Shown here piece by piece: positions 13,100-25,673 of a stretch of DNA of 64,000 nucleotides (its first letter is position 1; every line of letters starts with the position of its first letter). Made by a program: the position numbers and the translations under genes. Origin of the DNA: Eledone cirrhosa (taxonomy: Eukaryota); assembly GCA_964016885.1 (NCBI GenBank), contig OZ024743.1, positions 316,634,001 through 316,698,000 on the forward strand, given 5' to 3'. The notes beneath the pieces were generated by a model. That model was not told where the DNA came from, made no database searches, and was given only the letters and a program-made list of their open reading frames with translations.

Positions 13100-14030
13100 G
13101 CCCACATACAACCATATGTGAGTACACTTAAAAAACCTAGCGGGTATGTAAGGACAGGGGGGAGTATAACTGAAATTAAATAATATTAAAATTTTGATGA
13201 ACAGGTGAGGGAGAAAAGGGTGTAACAGTTGTGGTAGAGAGTAAGTGTTTGTGAAGAGATCTGGATAAGGGTAATTAGTTAAAAAGTGATCTGGGTAATG
13301 GATGAAGGTGGTGGGTGTGTATGTGTTAAAGGTATGGTAGAAAATGGGGGGGGGGTTATAAGTCAAAATGAAAAAAATATAGATAAAGATGAGGGAGATA
13401 AAAAGTATATATTGGTAGAAAGTATGTGTTTATAAGGTGATGATATTGGTAGTGAGTGGAAGGCGTGATATGTAAAGAGGAAGGTCAGGGTGGTTGAGTA
13501 ACCGTTGGTGTGTTAATCCAGCTAAAAAGTAGATGCGATTTCAGGTGCAGACAACATCTAAAGATTCTTAGAGTTGAGGCAAGTGGGAGGGGTTTTCAAG
13601 TTTTGGAGAATTCTGAATTTTTCCGTGGTACACAAAGAACATTTCTTTGTGCCGCTTTGGTATTCTCTTGAGTGGTCTAAAATAGACCAATCAATAGAGT
13701 ATGGAATGTTTTTGTCTTTAAACTCCCACACTTTATTTGCCAGCGCCGTTGCTGTTTTTTTTTTTTTCAGGGTGTTTGAAAGAAGCGACATGTGCATAGT
13801 ACCTGGTTTTAAATATGTCCTGAGTCATGCCAACATATCGATCACTTCTGGCTAGCTGGTTATTAATCATCGGTGTCAATTTGGCCACATACACAATGGA
13901 TTTGGTATTACATTTGCCCTGTAATGGGCATTCTTCCAGCTTCCTGCAGCTGCATCCTAGATTTACTCTAGTACAATTAGAGTTGGTAATTTTAGTTTTC
14001 ATTGATGGGCAGCAAGAGTAGCTGATTTTA
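13100..14030 (-). mobile_element. Frameshifted Naiad-type PLE GIY-YIG fragment with 3' UTR
   Basis: GCSCRKLEECPLQGKC..IVY..YVGMT..FKTRYYAH, then in shifted frames ALANKVWEFK..WSIL..CSLCTTEK..CLNSK and CLHLK. Flanked by TA repeats. Confidence 0.85.
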
Positions 14031-14483
14031 ACTAAATATATATATATATATTACAGTAACGGCCATAATGGTTCATACACCTAGATGCCCATCACAAAAC
14101 ATTCAGTAAGAGTTTACATACTAAGTGCTAGTATATTGTAGCAACCACGGGTGCTTATTACAGTTATCTATTTTGTTGTTCTATCAGTTCAAATAATTTT
14201 GACCACCTCAACTTTTGAATAGAAATACTCATTTGCTTGTAACTTCTGTTTCAATGATCCTAAACAAGTATAATTTAGTTGATATCTATAATTTAACATA
14301 TATCTATTTTGAGCTTTTAGCTTTTTTTATTTTTGAAGCTGCTGAAAGTTTTGTGAAGGACATTTAGGTGCCTGAAACATTATAACCATTACTGTATATC
14401 TGGCTGTAAAAAATTGCTTTAAAAAGTACCACATGATCAATATGAAGTTGCCATAAGGTCCACATGGTTGATGCCCTGCTTAA

Positions 14484-14704
14484 CCCTTTAGTAAATAAAC
14501 TGGCTGTATCCAGCCAGAATTCTCTCATCTGTTTCTGTTCAAACCAGCCATAACTGGCTGCTCATACTAATGTTAAGGTATTGTTCTCAAAATAAATAAC
14601 ATCAAAATCTCATAGATTCGATATTATGTGAGATAATTATGTAAGATAAAGCCTTTACCATGAAAATACAATAGTAAATATAGAGTAATGTAAATGCTAA
14701 AGGG
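14484..14704 (+). mobile_element. TTAA-flanked MITE (piggyBac-like termini)
   Basis: TTAA|CCCTTTAG...CTAAAGGG|TTAA, ~220 bp; four copies in the window. Confidence 0.85.
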
Positions 14705-14775
14705 TTAAACAGGAAAAATGGCCTTAAAATGCTTGTTGTTGCTTAATATTACTTCTTCCTGGAATCTTTCAACAG

Positions 14776-14887
14776 GTTTTTGGAATTCTCTTCACAATCG
14801 GGATGAGGACCATCGTGAATCAAGCCTCAGTATTTGCAGCAAATATTTCAATATGTATTGCCTTGCTCATTGGACTCGTGCTCACAG
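14776..14887 (+). CDS. FLVCR: Next FLVCR exon (last two transmembrane segments)
   Basis: tttcaacag|GTT TTT GGA...CTC ACA G|gtaatt; encodes VFGILFTIGMRTIVNQASVFAANISICIALLIGLVLT. 112 bp, phase-compatible with both neighbours. Confidence 0.92.
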
Positions 14888-14929
14888 GTAATTTACAGTT
14901 TAATCGTATATAATCATCAACATCATCAT

Positions 14930-15485
14930 TAGTTGCCTTTCATCGTTATGGGGTCGATAAAATAAAGTACCAGCTATGCACTCGTGTCAATTTAATCAAT
15001 TTTCCCCCTCCAAAAATTGTTGGCCTTGTGCCTAAATCAGAAACCATTATTATTATTATTAGGGCAGTGAATTGGCAGTATTGGTAGAGTGTCAGACAAC
15101 ATGCTTTTGGGCATAGAGGTCTGAGTTCAAATCATGCTGAGGTTAGTTTTGCCTTTCATCTTTACGGTGTTGATAAAATAAAGTACCATTAATGCACTGG
15201 GATCGATATAATCAACTTTCTTCCCCCAAAATTGTTAGCCTTGTGCCTAAATCAGAAGCCATTATTTAGATAGTGGATTGGCAGAATCATTAGAGCATCG
15301 GACAAAAGTCTTTACAGTATTTCTTCTGGCTCTTTACATTCTGATTTCAAATCCCACAAAGGTTAACTTTACATTTAATCCTTCTGGTGTTGATAAAATA
15401 AAGTACCAGTCATGTACTGATGTTGATTTAACCTACTTACCCCTCCCCACAAAGTATTGACCTTGTACCTAAATTAGAAATTGTG
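14930..15485 (+). mobile_element. Three tandem tRNA-derived SINEs with a Meta-like central domain
   Basis: A-box-like TGGCAG..TTGGTAGAG, B-box GTTCAAATC, central TTGCCTTTCATC..GGGGTCGATAAAATAAAGTACC and (ATT)n tail. Other copies at ~9732, 23450, 24310-24880 (-), 25380, 31070, 40500, 41050 (-), 59460 (-) and 60625 (-). Confidence 0.8.
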
Positions 15486-17461
15486 TTTAAATTCGTTTCA
15501 TTGATCATCAAAATCCCAGACCTCATTTGCTTACCGAGTGGGGTAGAACTCATCAGAGCATACCAAGAAAATAATATTTCCATTGCTGATACTATCTACC
15601 AGTCACAACTCCTAGAAGGAGGAGCAATGTGAAATAAAGTGTTTTGCTCAAGGACATTTAACATCATATGATCTGGGAATCTAACTCGCAACTTTACAAT
15701 TGTGAATCCAATTCTCTAATCACTGAGCCACACACCTTCACCAAAATTAGAAATCATTATTTACTTTCACCCTTCCAGCATTGCTGAAGTACCAGTCATG
15801 TAGTGGGTGAAGGTATCAATAAATTCCGTAGCTGTTATATTCTGGGGTCAATTCATTGACTAACACCTGCGGTTGTCATACAAATCTGAACTTGTCTTTT
15901 GTTTAGTTTACTTGGGGTGGTGGGAAGGTGTCATTTACTTTATCTTAATTTTCTCCAAGGGTGGGGATCATTTAATTCAGTTGCAGTCATATCTGTGAGG
16001 CAGAATCTTCTAGATTGAGCTACAAGTTACAGATCATGCTAATTTTCATATTAGATTAGCAACTAAATAAACTAGAATTGTGAAGGTGCATTGCTTAGTG
16101 GACTTATAACTGTGGGTTCATTGGGATGTGCATTGTGTTCCTGAGAAAAACACTTCATTTCACTTCACATTATTTTTGATTATTGGATTGAGGGTCCTTA
16201 TCATTAAAACACCTGAGAAAGCCTTCTATGAGATGTAGCTTTGTTGGCAGCTCACTAAACCTGTGTAGGTATGAACTTTAAATTTAATTTTTTTTTAAAA
16301 CTAGGACCCACTTGCAGACAATTTATATCATCATCACCACCACTATCATCATCATCTATACTAAATACTTGCATGAGTTAAACTGCTTGTCACTTTATGA
16401 GACTAGTCAGGTCAGGTGACCTTGTCTTGCTCACGTGGAACTGTATTTTAGCTTGGTTTCTATGGCTAGATGTCCTTCCTAATATCAAGCACATTACAGT
16501 ATAGACTGGGTGCTCTTTATTGTGGCACCAAAACAACCTTCTAACAGGATGGACTGAGTGCTTTTTCTCATGTCACCAACATGCCCACCATTACAGGGTG
16601 GACTTGGTACTTTTTGTCATGTCACCAGCTTGACTGCTTTATAGGGTAGACAGGGAGCTTTTGTTGTATCAACAGCACAACCACCTTACAAGGTGGCCTG
16701 TGTTTTTTGTCTTGGTGGCATGATTGTGGGATAGAGGGTATGGAGCGTGTCCAGCTTTCTATGTTTGTATGCATGGGTTGGACAGGAGATGTATCAGGGT
16801 GTGTGGAAGGCATGGGTTGTGGGAGAGGGAGTAACGAATATACAGACTGGAGATTGGTGAGTATTAAGATATGGAAAGGTGTATGGGTAGAGTAGGGGGA
16901 AGATTACTGCAGACTAGTGTCCTCTTGATGGTTCATCCCATGCACATGGAAAGGCAAGTTTTCTGAAGTACAGCATTACGCCAAAGATATATATAGTTAA
17001 CAAATTGGGGTAAAGTTCCATACAAATCAAAGATTACAGGTAAAAATTAAAAGTGTAAATTTATAGGTGTGTATTTAAAGAATTTCTTCTCCTTTCATCC
17101 AATAAAACAAATATTTCTATATTTGTTATAGCAAATAAATTTAAGTTTTACAAAATATTTTTAGTGGTGGTAGGTAGAGCATTCAACTTTGTGACAACAT
17201 GCTTGATTCTTTTAAATGACAATGAAGAGAGGTAGGTGTAACAGTCAAACTTGCTATCTCTAATTCAGTGCTTGTGCCTATCCTTATCTATCTATGGTCA
17301 TGAATCTTAGGCAATGACCAAAAGAATACAATCATGAAATGGGGTTTCTCTGAAGGGTCTTTGGAGTAACGTTACTCAGCTTGGAAATCAGGGAGTCACT
17401 ACTACTTCCCTACATTGAGCTTCGGAACAATGGTCATGAAGTTATATAGTTTTACCTTTAA

Positions 17462-17672
17462 CCCTTTAGCATTTACATTACTCGATATATACTGTTGTAT
17501 TTTTGTGGTAAAAGCTTTATCTTACATAATTATCTCACATAATATCGAATCTATGAGATTTTTATGTTATTTATTTTGAGAGAAATACCTTAACATCAGT
17601 GTGAATGGCCAGTTATGACCAGTTTGAACAGAAAGAGTTTGGAGAATTCTGGCCAGTTTAAATGTTAAAGGG
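17462..17672 (-). mobile_element. TTAA MITE, inverted relative to the 14484 copy
   Basis: Same TIRs and TTAA flanks; the interior is the reverse complement of 14484-14704. Confidence 0.85.
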
Positions 17673-17893
17673 TTAATATGATTTCACATAGCTGGCTGGC
17701 AGCCAGGCCATAGCTTTCTCCCGTTTAGCTAGCTTCCAACCTCTTGCTAATCAACTATGTACCCACTTTAAATTTCAAGAGGAATACTTTAAACCCAATG
17801 ATTTATCATCATTGAACCAGGCAGGATGGTTTTGAAATTGTTAAACCCTGAACCTATTTATGAACTCATTATCTTTTTGTTTACTTTTCACAG

Positions 17894-17937
17894 CCTTTGT
17901 TCAAGCCAATTATCGCAGACAGAAAGCTGAAATGCAG
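17894..17937 (+). CDS. FLVCR: FLVCR exon (post-TM12 segment)
   Basis: acttttcacag|CC TTT GTT CAA GCC AAT TAT CGC AGA CAG AAA GCT GAA ATG CAG|gtaaat; encodes (A)FVQANYRRQKAEMQ, matching the family's I.xDLRRQ motif. Confidence 0.85.
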
Positions 17938-18359
17938 GTAAATTACTTGCCGTTTAATTAAAGGAAGGATTGAAACTCACACGAAATATTCTACTAATGA
18001 GATATCAGTTATCAACATTGCCATTCCTACCCTAATACCCATATCAATGTTTTTAAAACCTTTTTTTTTTTCGTTTTGGCTGTTTTTGTATTTTATTGCT
18101 TAAAGTGTGTGCTTCTGTGTGTGACTAACAGCTTCTGTATCTGTAGCTAGTGAGTGCTATAGTTATATGTGTTGTAAAAATTGCTTCACCACCTACCCAA
18201 ACAGTGTGTCATATATTGTAGCATTGCTTTTTGTTTAAAAAAACTGCTTGTCAAAATTGCTCCATATATTTGAAAAAGATTTCATTTTTCTATTTCTCAT
18301 ATATATATGTTTATACATACACACACACGCACATATTTATATATATATATATATACATA

Positions 18360-19212
18360 CAGGGTATGAACGATATTTGTTCGCAAGATTACTGTCTAGG
18401 AAAAAATAACACAGTAGTTTTATTTTTCAAGATTTATTTATCAAACTTGGGTCAGTTTGTCTTCATGAGTTGTTCTTTCGATCTCACTCGATAAACCCGC
18501 CAATGGCTTTGATGATGGCCTCAAGGCGGCCTCGGAACTGGCTACAAGCCTTCGTCACTATCCCCCAACTTAGGCCCCAAAAGGCACTTGTGATCCTGGC
18601 CTTCAGATCGTCTTTCGTATTGCAGCTAGATCTGTTGGTGTCTCGTTCCACTGCGCCCCACACAAAGAAGTCGAGAGGGTTGCAGTCAGGCGAGCTGGGA
18701 GGCCAGATGTCAGGTAAAGTGTGGTCAACAAAGTTCTCTGACAGCCAGGCTTGGGTCTTTCGGCTGGTATGGCAAGGCGCTGAGTCTTGCTGCCACACGT
18801 ACAACCTACCTGCAGCTACCTGGTCGATCCAGGGCTTTACTACCTCGCTCAGAACGCGGATGTAGCCATCGGTGTTCAGCTTGAGGCCCTCAGGGAAGAA
18901 GTGAGGTGGCATGACGTCACCTTGACTGCTGACAACACCTAAGACCAATGTTGTCGCTGGAAACTTTGGATGAGACAGCGAGCCACCTGTTGTTCTGGGA
19001 GTTGATCTTCTGGTCTTATTTGTCCTCCCAGTGCGGATTCCAAGAAGAACTCCGTGTCTCTTCCACAAATTTGGAGGTTCAAAATTATTCATAATCAATT
19101 ATTCTGAAAATAAATAATGGAAATATAGTCACTGTTTTTATGAAGACAAGAGTGACAACGGAAGTAAAAAAAATTACCAGTTGAAAATTGTGAACAAATA
19201 TTGTCCGCACCC

Positions 19213-19214
<2 letters not shown>
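18360..19214 (-). mobile_element. Internally deleted Tc1/mariner element, DD37D (maT) family
   Basis: Imperfect ~28-bp TIRs (CAGGGT...ATATTTGTTC.CAA) between TA dinucleotides. ORF 18484-19098 has WQQDSAPCH..WPPSSPDCNPLD with 37 residues between the two Asp; the first catalytic Asp and most of the DNA-binding domain are missing. Confidence 0.9.
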
Positions 19215-19243
<29 letters not shown>

Positions 19244-19588
19244 AAATATACATATATATGTGTGTGTGTATATATACTCTTTTACCTGTTCCAACCATCC
19301 ATATATGTATATATATACACACATGTATATTTTTGTGTGTGTGTGTATTTAATATTTGCATGAGTAGTAAAGTAGTTTTAATGAAATTGCTTTCTTTGTT
19401 TTGTTGTGTTCTTTTTTTATTTCTAGTTATTTAACATTTTACAAATATTCATTGCAAATAACTTATGTTAAATTTTTGTGCTGTTTTTAATATCTTTGTT
19501 TTGATATAATCTGTTTATTTTTATGTAGCAGGAACATGACACTCTCAGAGAGGATTTTCAAAGCAAAATATATACTTTGAATTATATA

Positions 19589-20607
19589 TATCACAACATA
19601 AGATATGTGTGTGTGTATATTTGTTTATGTGAATATGTACGTGTGTGTACATATTACGGAAATAATCGATAAAACTAAATACATGACGCTTTACCCCTCT
19701 AATAGAATCTGATATCCTCTCTCTACTTCCCTTAAACTTTAAGAGAGAGAGAGAACGTTTGTTTTTGAGTGTGGAACGGTCAAATATTTATTTCAATGAC
19801 AAAGAACTTATTACATTTCATACGAAACAACAATTATTCAAAAGCAACAGATAAATTTATTCAACAACAAAAAATATAGCGATAAATCTTTTTTAAAACA
19901 TCTATCAACGAACGTGGAAGAAAGAAGTATCAGTTCATTTACTATACACAATAATATCCTCTATGAGGTCACTAAACCTGCTAAAAACAGCAGCTAACTC
20001 TCCCCCATATCACATCACTCCCTACTGTCTTAAATTTAGAAAACATATCCTCTATGACGTCACTAAACCTGCTAGAAACAGCAGCTAACTCTCCCCCATA
20101 TTCAAAAGCAACAGATAAATTTATTCAACAACAAAAAAAATAGCGATAAATCTTTTTTAAAATATCTATCAACGAACATGGAAGAAAGAAGTATCAGTTC
20201 ATTTACTATACACAATAATATCCTCTATGTGGTCACTAAACCTGCTAGAAACAGCAGCTAACTCTCCCCCATATCACAGCCCTCCCTACTGTCTTAAATT
20301 TAGAAAACACACATTAGACAACCATGCAGAACAACTCCATCGCAGCTCTGTTGTTCGGCTGGCATCGTCTACGCGCGTGTTGCGCAAGTACTGTGAAACA
20401 ATAAATTTCAACACTTTTTTGCACAGAGATAATATCCATAGGTGAAACTACAATTGTCACTGCTGGCGCAGCTCCTGCTTTGGCAGTCCAGGTCTGCAAT
20501 TCATTCACCCAGTGCCTGGCAGACAAAAAAGTGCTGCCATAAAATGGGTGGTGCAACCTAACTTTGGTAACTTACTGACCCCGAGCAACGCCGGGCTTTA
20601 ATGCTAG
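19589..20607 (+). mobile_element. Non-autonomous Helitron with an internal duplication
   Basis: 3' hairpin CCCGAGC-AAC-GCCGGG, then CTAG|T at 20604-20608. ~200-bp direct repeat (19837-20042 and 20101-20305). The 5' end is approximate. Confidence 0.7.
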
Positions 20608-20762
20608 TATATATATAATCTTATCGTTGCATTTTTGTTGGGTTGAATTGTTATTTTTAAGCATATTGTTGGTATTTATTATAATTTGTCACACTTATAA
20701 ACCATAATATTGTCTTGTAGTCTTCTGGATAATTCCTACATAGTAACACTATATACATCATC

Positions 20763-20793
<31 letters not shown>

Positions 20794-22195
20794 CCATCAC
20801 CATCATCATCATCTACATGCTGCTGTAAAAACATATATTTAATACCAATTTTTAAAAAAAGGTCCCTTCTGTCATGACTAAACGTGGTTTTGCACCTGTC
20901 AATCTCACCTCTGCACATGGTAGATGTCATCTAATGACTGATACAAGTTAGTGCTGGTGTCATTTCAACTTATTCTTTCAAACTGAGTGTACTGGAGCAG
21001 TGTGAAATAAAGTGTTTTGTTAAAGGGCACAGCATGCCATCTCATCAAGACATTGAACTCATGACCTTATGATCATGAACCCAACACCCTAACCATTAAG
21101 CCATGTGTCTTCTCATAATACTAGATAAATCATTATTGTCATCGTCATCATCATCATTTAACGTTGGTTCTCCTTGCTAGCAAGGATTGGATGGATCTTC
21201 ACAGACCAAGTCAGTACTCAAGCAGAGCTACTGGCCTCTCAGATAGATCAAGGGGTTTGTATCTCACTTGCATACAGTCCCATGCTGAACTGAGTGCATT
21301 TTATTGTGACACCAGTACTAGAAAGGTCATCATGTCTTTGATATGACTGAAGTGTCCTCTCAGCCCTTTGTTTGGCTAGCTTTCTACATCTGGATGCCCT
21401 CCTATTACCAACCACTTTACAGCATGTGTTGGGTGTGATTATTTTGCAGATCACCAACTCTAGGGAGATTGTCATGTTGTTGTGTGCTTGACATGACTGA
21501 AGAGCCCTTCCAACCTTTTGTTCGGCAACTTTCTACAGCTGAATGCCCTTCTTATCATCAACTACTTTACAGCATGTACTGGGTATGTTTATCTTGTAGA
21601 TCACCAACATTAGGATGGCTGTCATGTTCTTAACACAACTGAAGGGTCCTCCCAACCCTTTGTTTTGCTGAAAATACATGTACATACAGCAGTAACCAAC
21701 TTTAAATGCATATAGTTGCAGCATGTGCATCTACAGTTGTCCTTGTGCAATGTGTAGCTGCATTTAAACTTAGTGACATCTAATTGCACCCACAGCTAAA
21801 TGTAACAATATGCACTTGAGCATGCATAGATTTAGTTGTGAATTATATTTAGTAACAGTGAACATGCATTGTTGGTGATGAAAGTCTAAAGTTTCACTTT
21901 ACTGCTGCTACAGCAGCAATCACCTGCCTAGCAAGTATTTTGATCCCTGTTCCCAACCTAGACTTCTTAACATTGATGTATAACTTTAGAAATCTGTAAA
22001 ACATCAACTATAATGTTACTAGAGCAGTTTAACATCAGTTATAATGCTACTATAGAGTCTATGTGCAAAGTTATAAATGTACCCAGTCTATTTGATAAAG
22101 TAATAGTGCTGGTGTCACACTACAATGTACCTAACCTACTAGACACAATAGTAGTGCTGGTGTCATACATATACACACATATACATACATTTACA

Positions 22196-22227
<32 letters not shown>

Positions 22228-22242
22228 TACATACATTTACAC

Positions 22243-22273
<31 letters not shown>

Positions 22274-22368
22274 TATACATACATTTACACACACACACAT
22301 ACATACATACATACACACACATACACACACACACACACACATATACATACATTTACACACACATACAT

Positions 22369-22412
<44 letters not shown>

Positions 22413-22444
22413 ATATACATACATACACACATATACATACATAA

Positions 22445-22760
22445 CTGGCACTCAGTCAGTTATGACGATGAATGTTCCAGTTGATCCGATCAACAGAACA
22501 ACCTATTCATGAAATTAATGTGCAAGTGACTGAGCATTCCACAGACACACATACCCTAAATGTAATTCTCAGGGAGATTCAGCGTGACAAAGAATGTGAC
22601 AAAGCTGGCCCTTCGAATTACAGGTACAACTCATTTCTACAGCTGAGTGAACTGGAGAAATGCGAAATAAAGTGTCTTGCTCAAGAACACAACTTGCCAC
22701 TGGGAATTGAACTCACGACCTTACGATCGTGAGCCAAATACCCTAACCACAAAGCCACAT
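22445..22760 (-). mobile_element. tRNA-derived SINE, second family
   Basis: On -: TGTGGCTTTGTGGTTAGG..GTGAGTTCAATTCCCAG..TTCTTGAGCAAGACACTTTATTTC..CTCCAGTTCACTCAGCTG. Related copies at ~25110, 30740 (-), 32350 (-), 45600, 55515, 56495, 61265 (-) and 63420. Confidence 0.75.
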
Positions 22761-22817
22761 ACATACATATAATGGTTTCTGATTTAGGCACAAAGCCAAC
22801 AATTTTGGGTGAGGGAC

Positions 22818-23183
22818 ATCATCATCATCACCGTTTTACGTCCATTCTTCCATGCTAGCATGGGTTAGACGGGTTGTCCTGTTGTGGGCAGTGTCTGGTC
22901 GGCTGACAATGCCTTGCTCATACAGGAACTGATTTTGGCTTGATTTCTACAGCTGGATGCCCTTCCTAACACCAACCTCATTTACAGTCAGTGCTGGGTG
23001 CTTTTTCCGTGGCATCTACACATCCACTTTACAGTGTGGGCTGGGTGCTCTTTTGCCGTGGCACCTCCACGACCACCTTGCAGTGGGAGGGTGTGGGGGC
23101 ATATTGTCTATATGCTTCAGCTTATACTCATGGGAGGTCGGGTGCTCTGTATTACTGCGTGACGCCAGAGGTCACGGTCGTGA
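22818..23183 (-). mobile_element. RTE 3' UTR fragment
   Basis: Closely matches 11800-12120, including the (CAT)n tail. Confidence 0.8.
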
Positions 23184-25673
23184 CACCACCCATAAATAAA
23201 TAATGGTTTCTGATTTAGGCACAAACCCAACAATTTTGGGTGAGGGACACCACCCATAAATAAATGTTTATTTACTCATTTATTTACTTTTTCTAATTAC
23301 CAAAAAGAAATAATAAAAGACTAAAAATTATCAAAATTATTATTTTTGTATATATTTTTTTCATTTGACACTTTTTAATTATGAATCTTAAAAAATTTAA
23401 ATTAGTAATTAATGTTAATTTCAGGTATTATAATTCATGAATTTAGAGTGAGGGTTGGCTGAGTTGGTAGAGCATTGGACAACATGCTTTGTGGCATAGA
23501 GTTATGGCCCTTTACGTCCTGATTTCAAATCCTATCGAGGTTACCTTTGCCTTTCATCCTTATGGGGTCAATAAAATAAGCACCAGTAATGCACTGGAAT
23601 CGTTTTAAGCGACTTTTCCCTTCCTGAAAATTGTTGGCCTTGTACCTAAATCAAAAACCATTATATAATCATCATCACCGTTTAACATCCATTTTCTCCT
23701 TTAATGAGGGTTAGACGAGTTGTCCCTTTGTGAGACAAGTCAGATCAGATGACCATGTCTTGTTCATACTGAACTGTTTCTGGATTATTTTCTATGGCTG
23801 GATGCCCTTCGTAACACCAACCACATTTACAGCATGAACTGGGTGCTTTTAATCATGTCACCAACACAACCACTTTACAGTGTGGACTGAATGTTTTTTG
23901 TTGTGTCACCTAGAATTCAATGCAATAACAACAAAAAGGATAAATAGATGAAATATGTTTATGATGTTTCATACCCTGCTGTTGGCCAATTCAATGCAGT
24001 CATGCTCCTTTGGGGGCTACATAAATCATCAGTAGCTTGCCAGTGTGGCTTATTAGAGCAGACTGAGCAGAACACATATTGAGTGAGTGAGTCCTGAAAT
24101 CTCCTTGAGAGTGTGGACCTCACACAGCATAATCCCACTACCATAAGCTGTTGCAGCACTTGGGGGATGTCACAGGATTACTGTCTCATACAAAAGAAGA
24201 TTAGTCTGTTGTAAGTGGAAATGACAAATAAGAAGAACAATGTAAGGTTATAAATATGAAGGAATTAAAACAGTGGCTGAGCACTAATATTTAGCATGAA
24301 CATATGATAATAATGGTTTGTGATTTAGGCACAAGGCCAACACATTTTGGAGAAGGGAAAGTCAATTAAATCAACCCCAGTACATTACTGGTACTTTATT
24401 TTATTGACCCCATAAGAATGATAGGCAAAGCTAACCTCGGTAGAATTTGAACTCAGAACGTAAATGGGTGTAACTATATGTTGCAAAGTATGTTGTCTGA
24501 TGCTCTACAGATATTGCCCAATCCATCACCTTAATAGTAACAATAATAAAAATAATAATTGTTTCTACTTTTGAAACAAGACCAGCAATTATCCCAGTGC
24601 ATTACTGGTACTTTATTTTATCGACCCCCGTAAGGATGAAAGGCAAAGTTAACCTCGGCGGGATAATAATGATATCTGATTTAGACACAAGGACAACAAA
24701 TTTGGGGAGAGGGGAAAATCAATTAAATTAACCCCAGTGCATTACTGGTGCTTTATTTTATCCACCCCATAAGAATGAAAGGTAAAGCTAACGCTGAGGG
24801 GATTTGTACTCAGAACGTACTGTATGCTGCAACTCATATTGTTCAGCACTCACTAATTACTATCAATCTACAGTCCTAACATATGGTAATAATGACATGT
24901 ATGTGGAACTAGAAGAACAAGTTTCTGCTGTTAGCTAACATATTGATAGTAGCTTATTGTTGTTATATGAATGTGGTTGCTTATTAAGTCAGTAAATAAA
25001 TAATTTCAGTTAATGAAAGAAAATTGTTAAATAGTGAAACATGATTATGTTGGAAATCTGTCATTTCTGGTGATGAGTGTTCCAATTATTTAGATGATAA
25101 TATTTGTTAGGGCATGGCTGAGAGGTTAGAGAATTGGATTCGTAATTGTGAGTTCGAGTCTCTGATCGGGCGATGCGTTATGTCCTTGAGTAAGATACTT
25201 TATTTCACATTGCTCCTTCTGCCTGGATTTGCAACCGGTAGATAGTATTAGCAATTGGAAAGACCAATGAAAATATTGTTTCCTTGGTTCGACTTGACAT
25301 GGTCTGGAATCTTGTCAATCGACTGTCGATTGTTAGGGTGAGGTGGTGACTTGGATAGAATGCTTTGCAGTAATCGTTCTGGCTTTCTGAGTTCAAATCC
25401 CGCTGAGGTCAACTTTGCCTTCTATCCTTTCAAGGTCAAACAAAAAAAGTACCAGTCTTGTACTGGACTAGATTTCTCCTTCATATATCTTTCTCACTTC
25501 CTCTCTATCACTCTCTTTCCTTCTCTGGAAGAAATTTGGCTGTTCTGACCTGGAAAGGGAATGGGCTCCACCAAATTTAAAATGCCCCAAAGAAATGTTG
25601 TATGTCACTACAGCACCTCTGTAACTCTACTGGACATTACAGGTCCATGCATAGATATATTGTTAGGTTGGTC

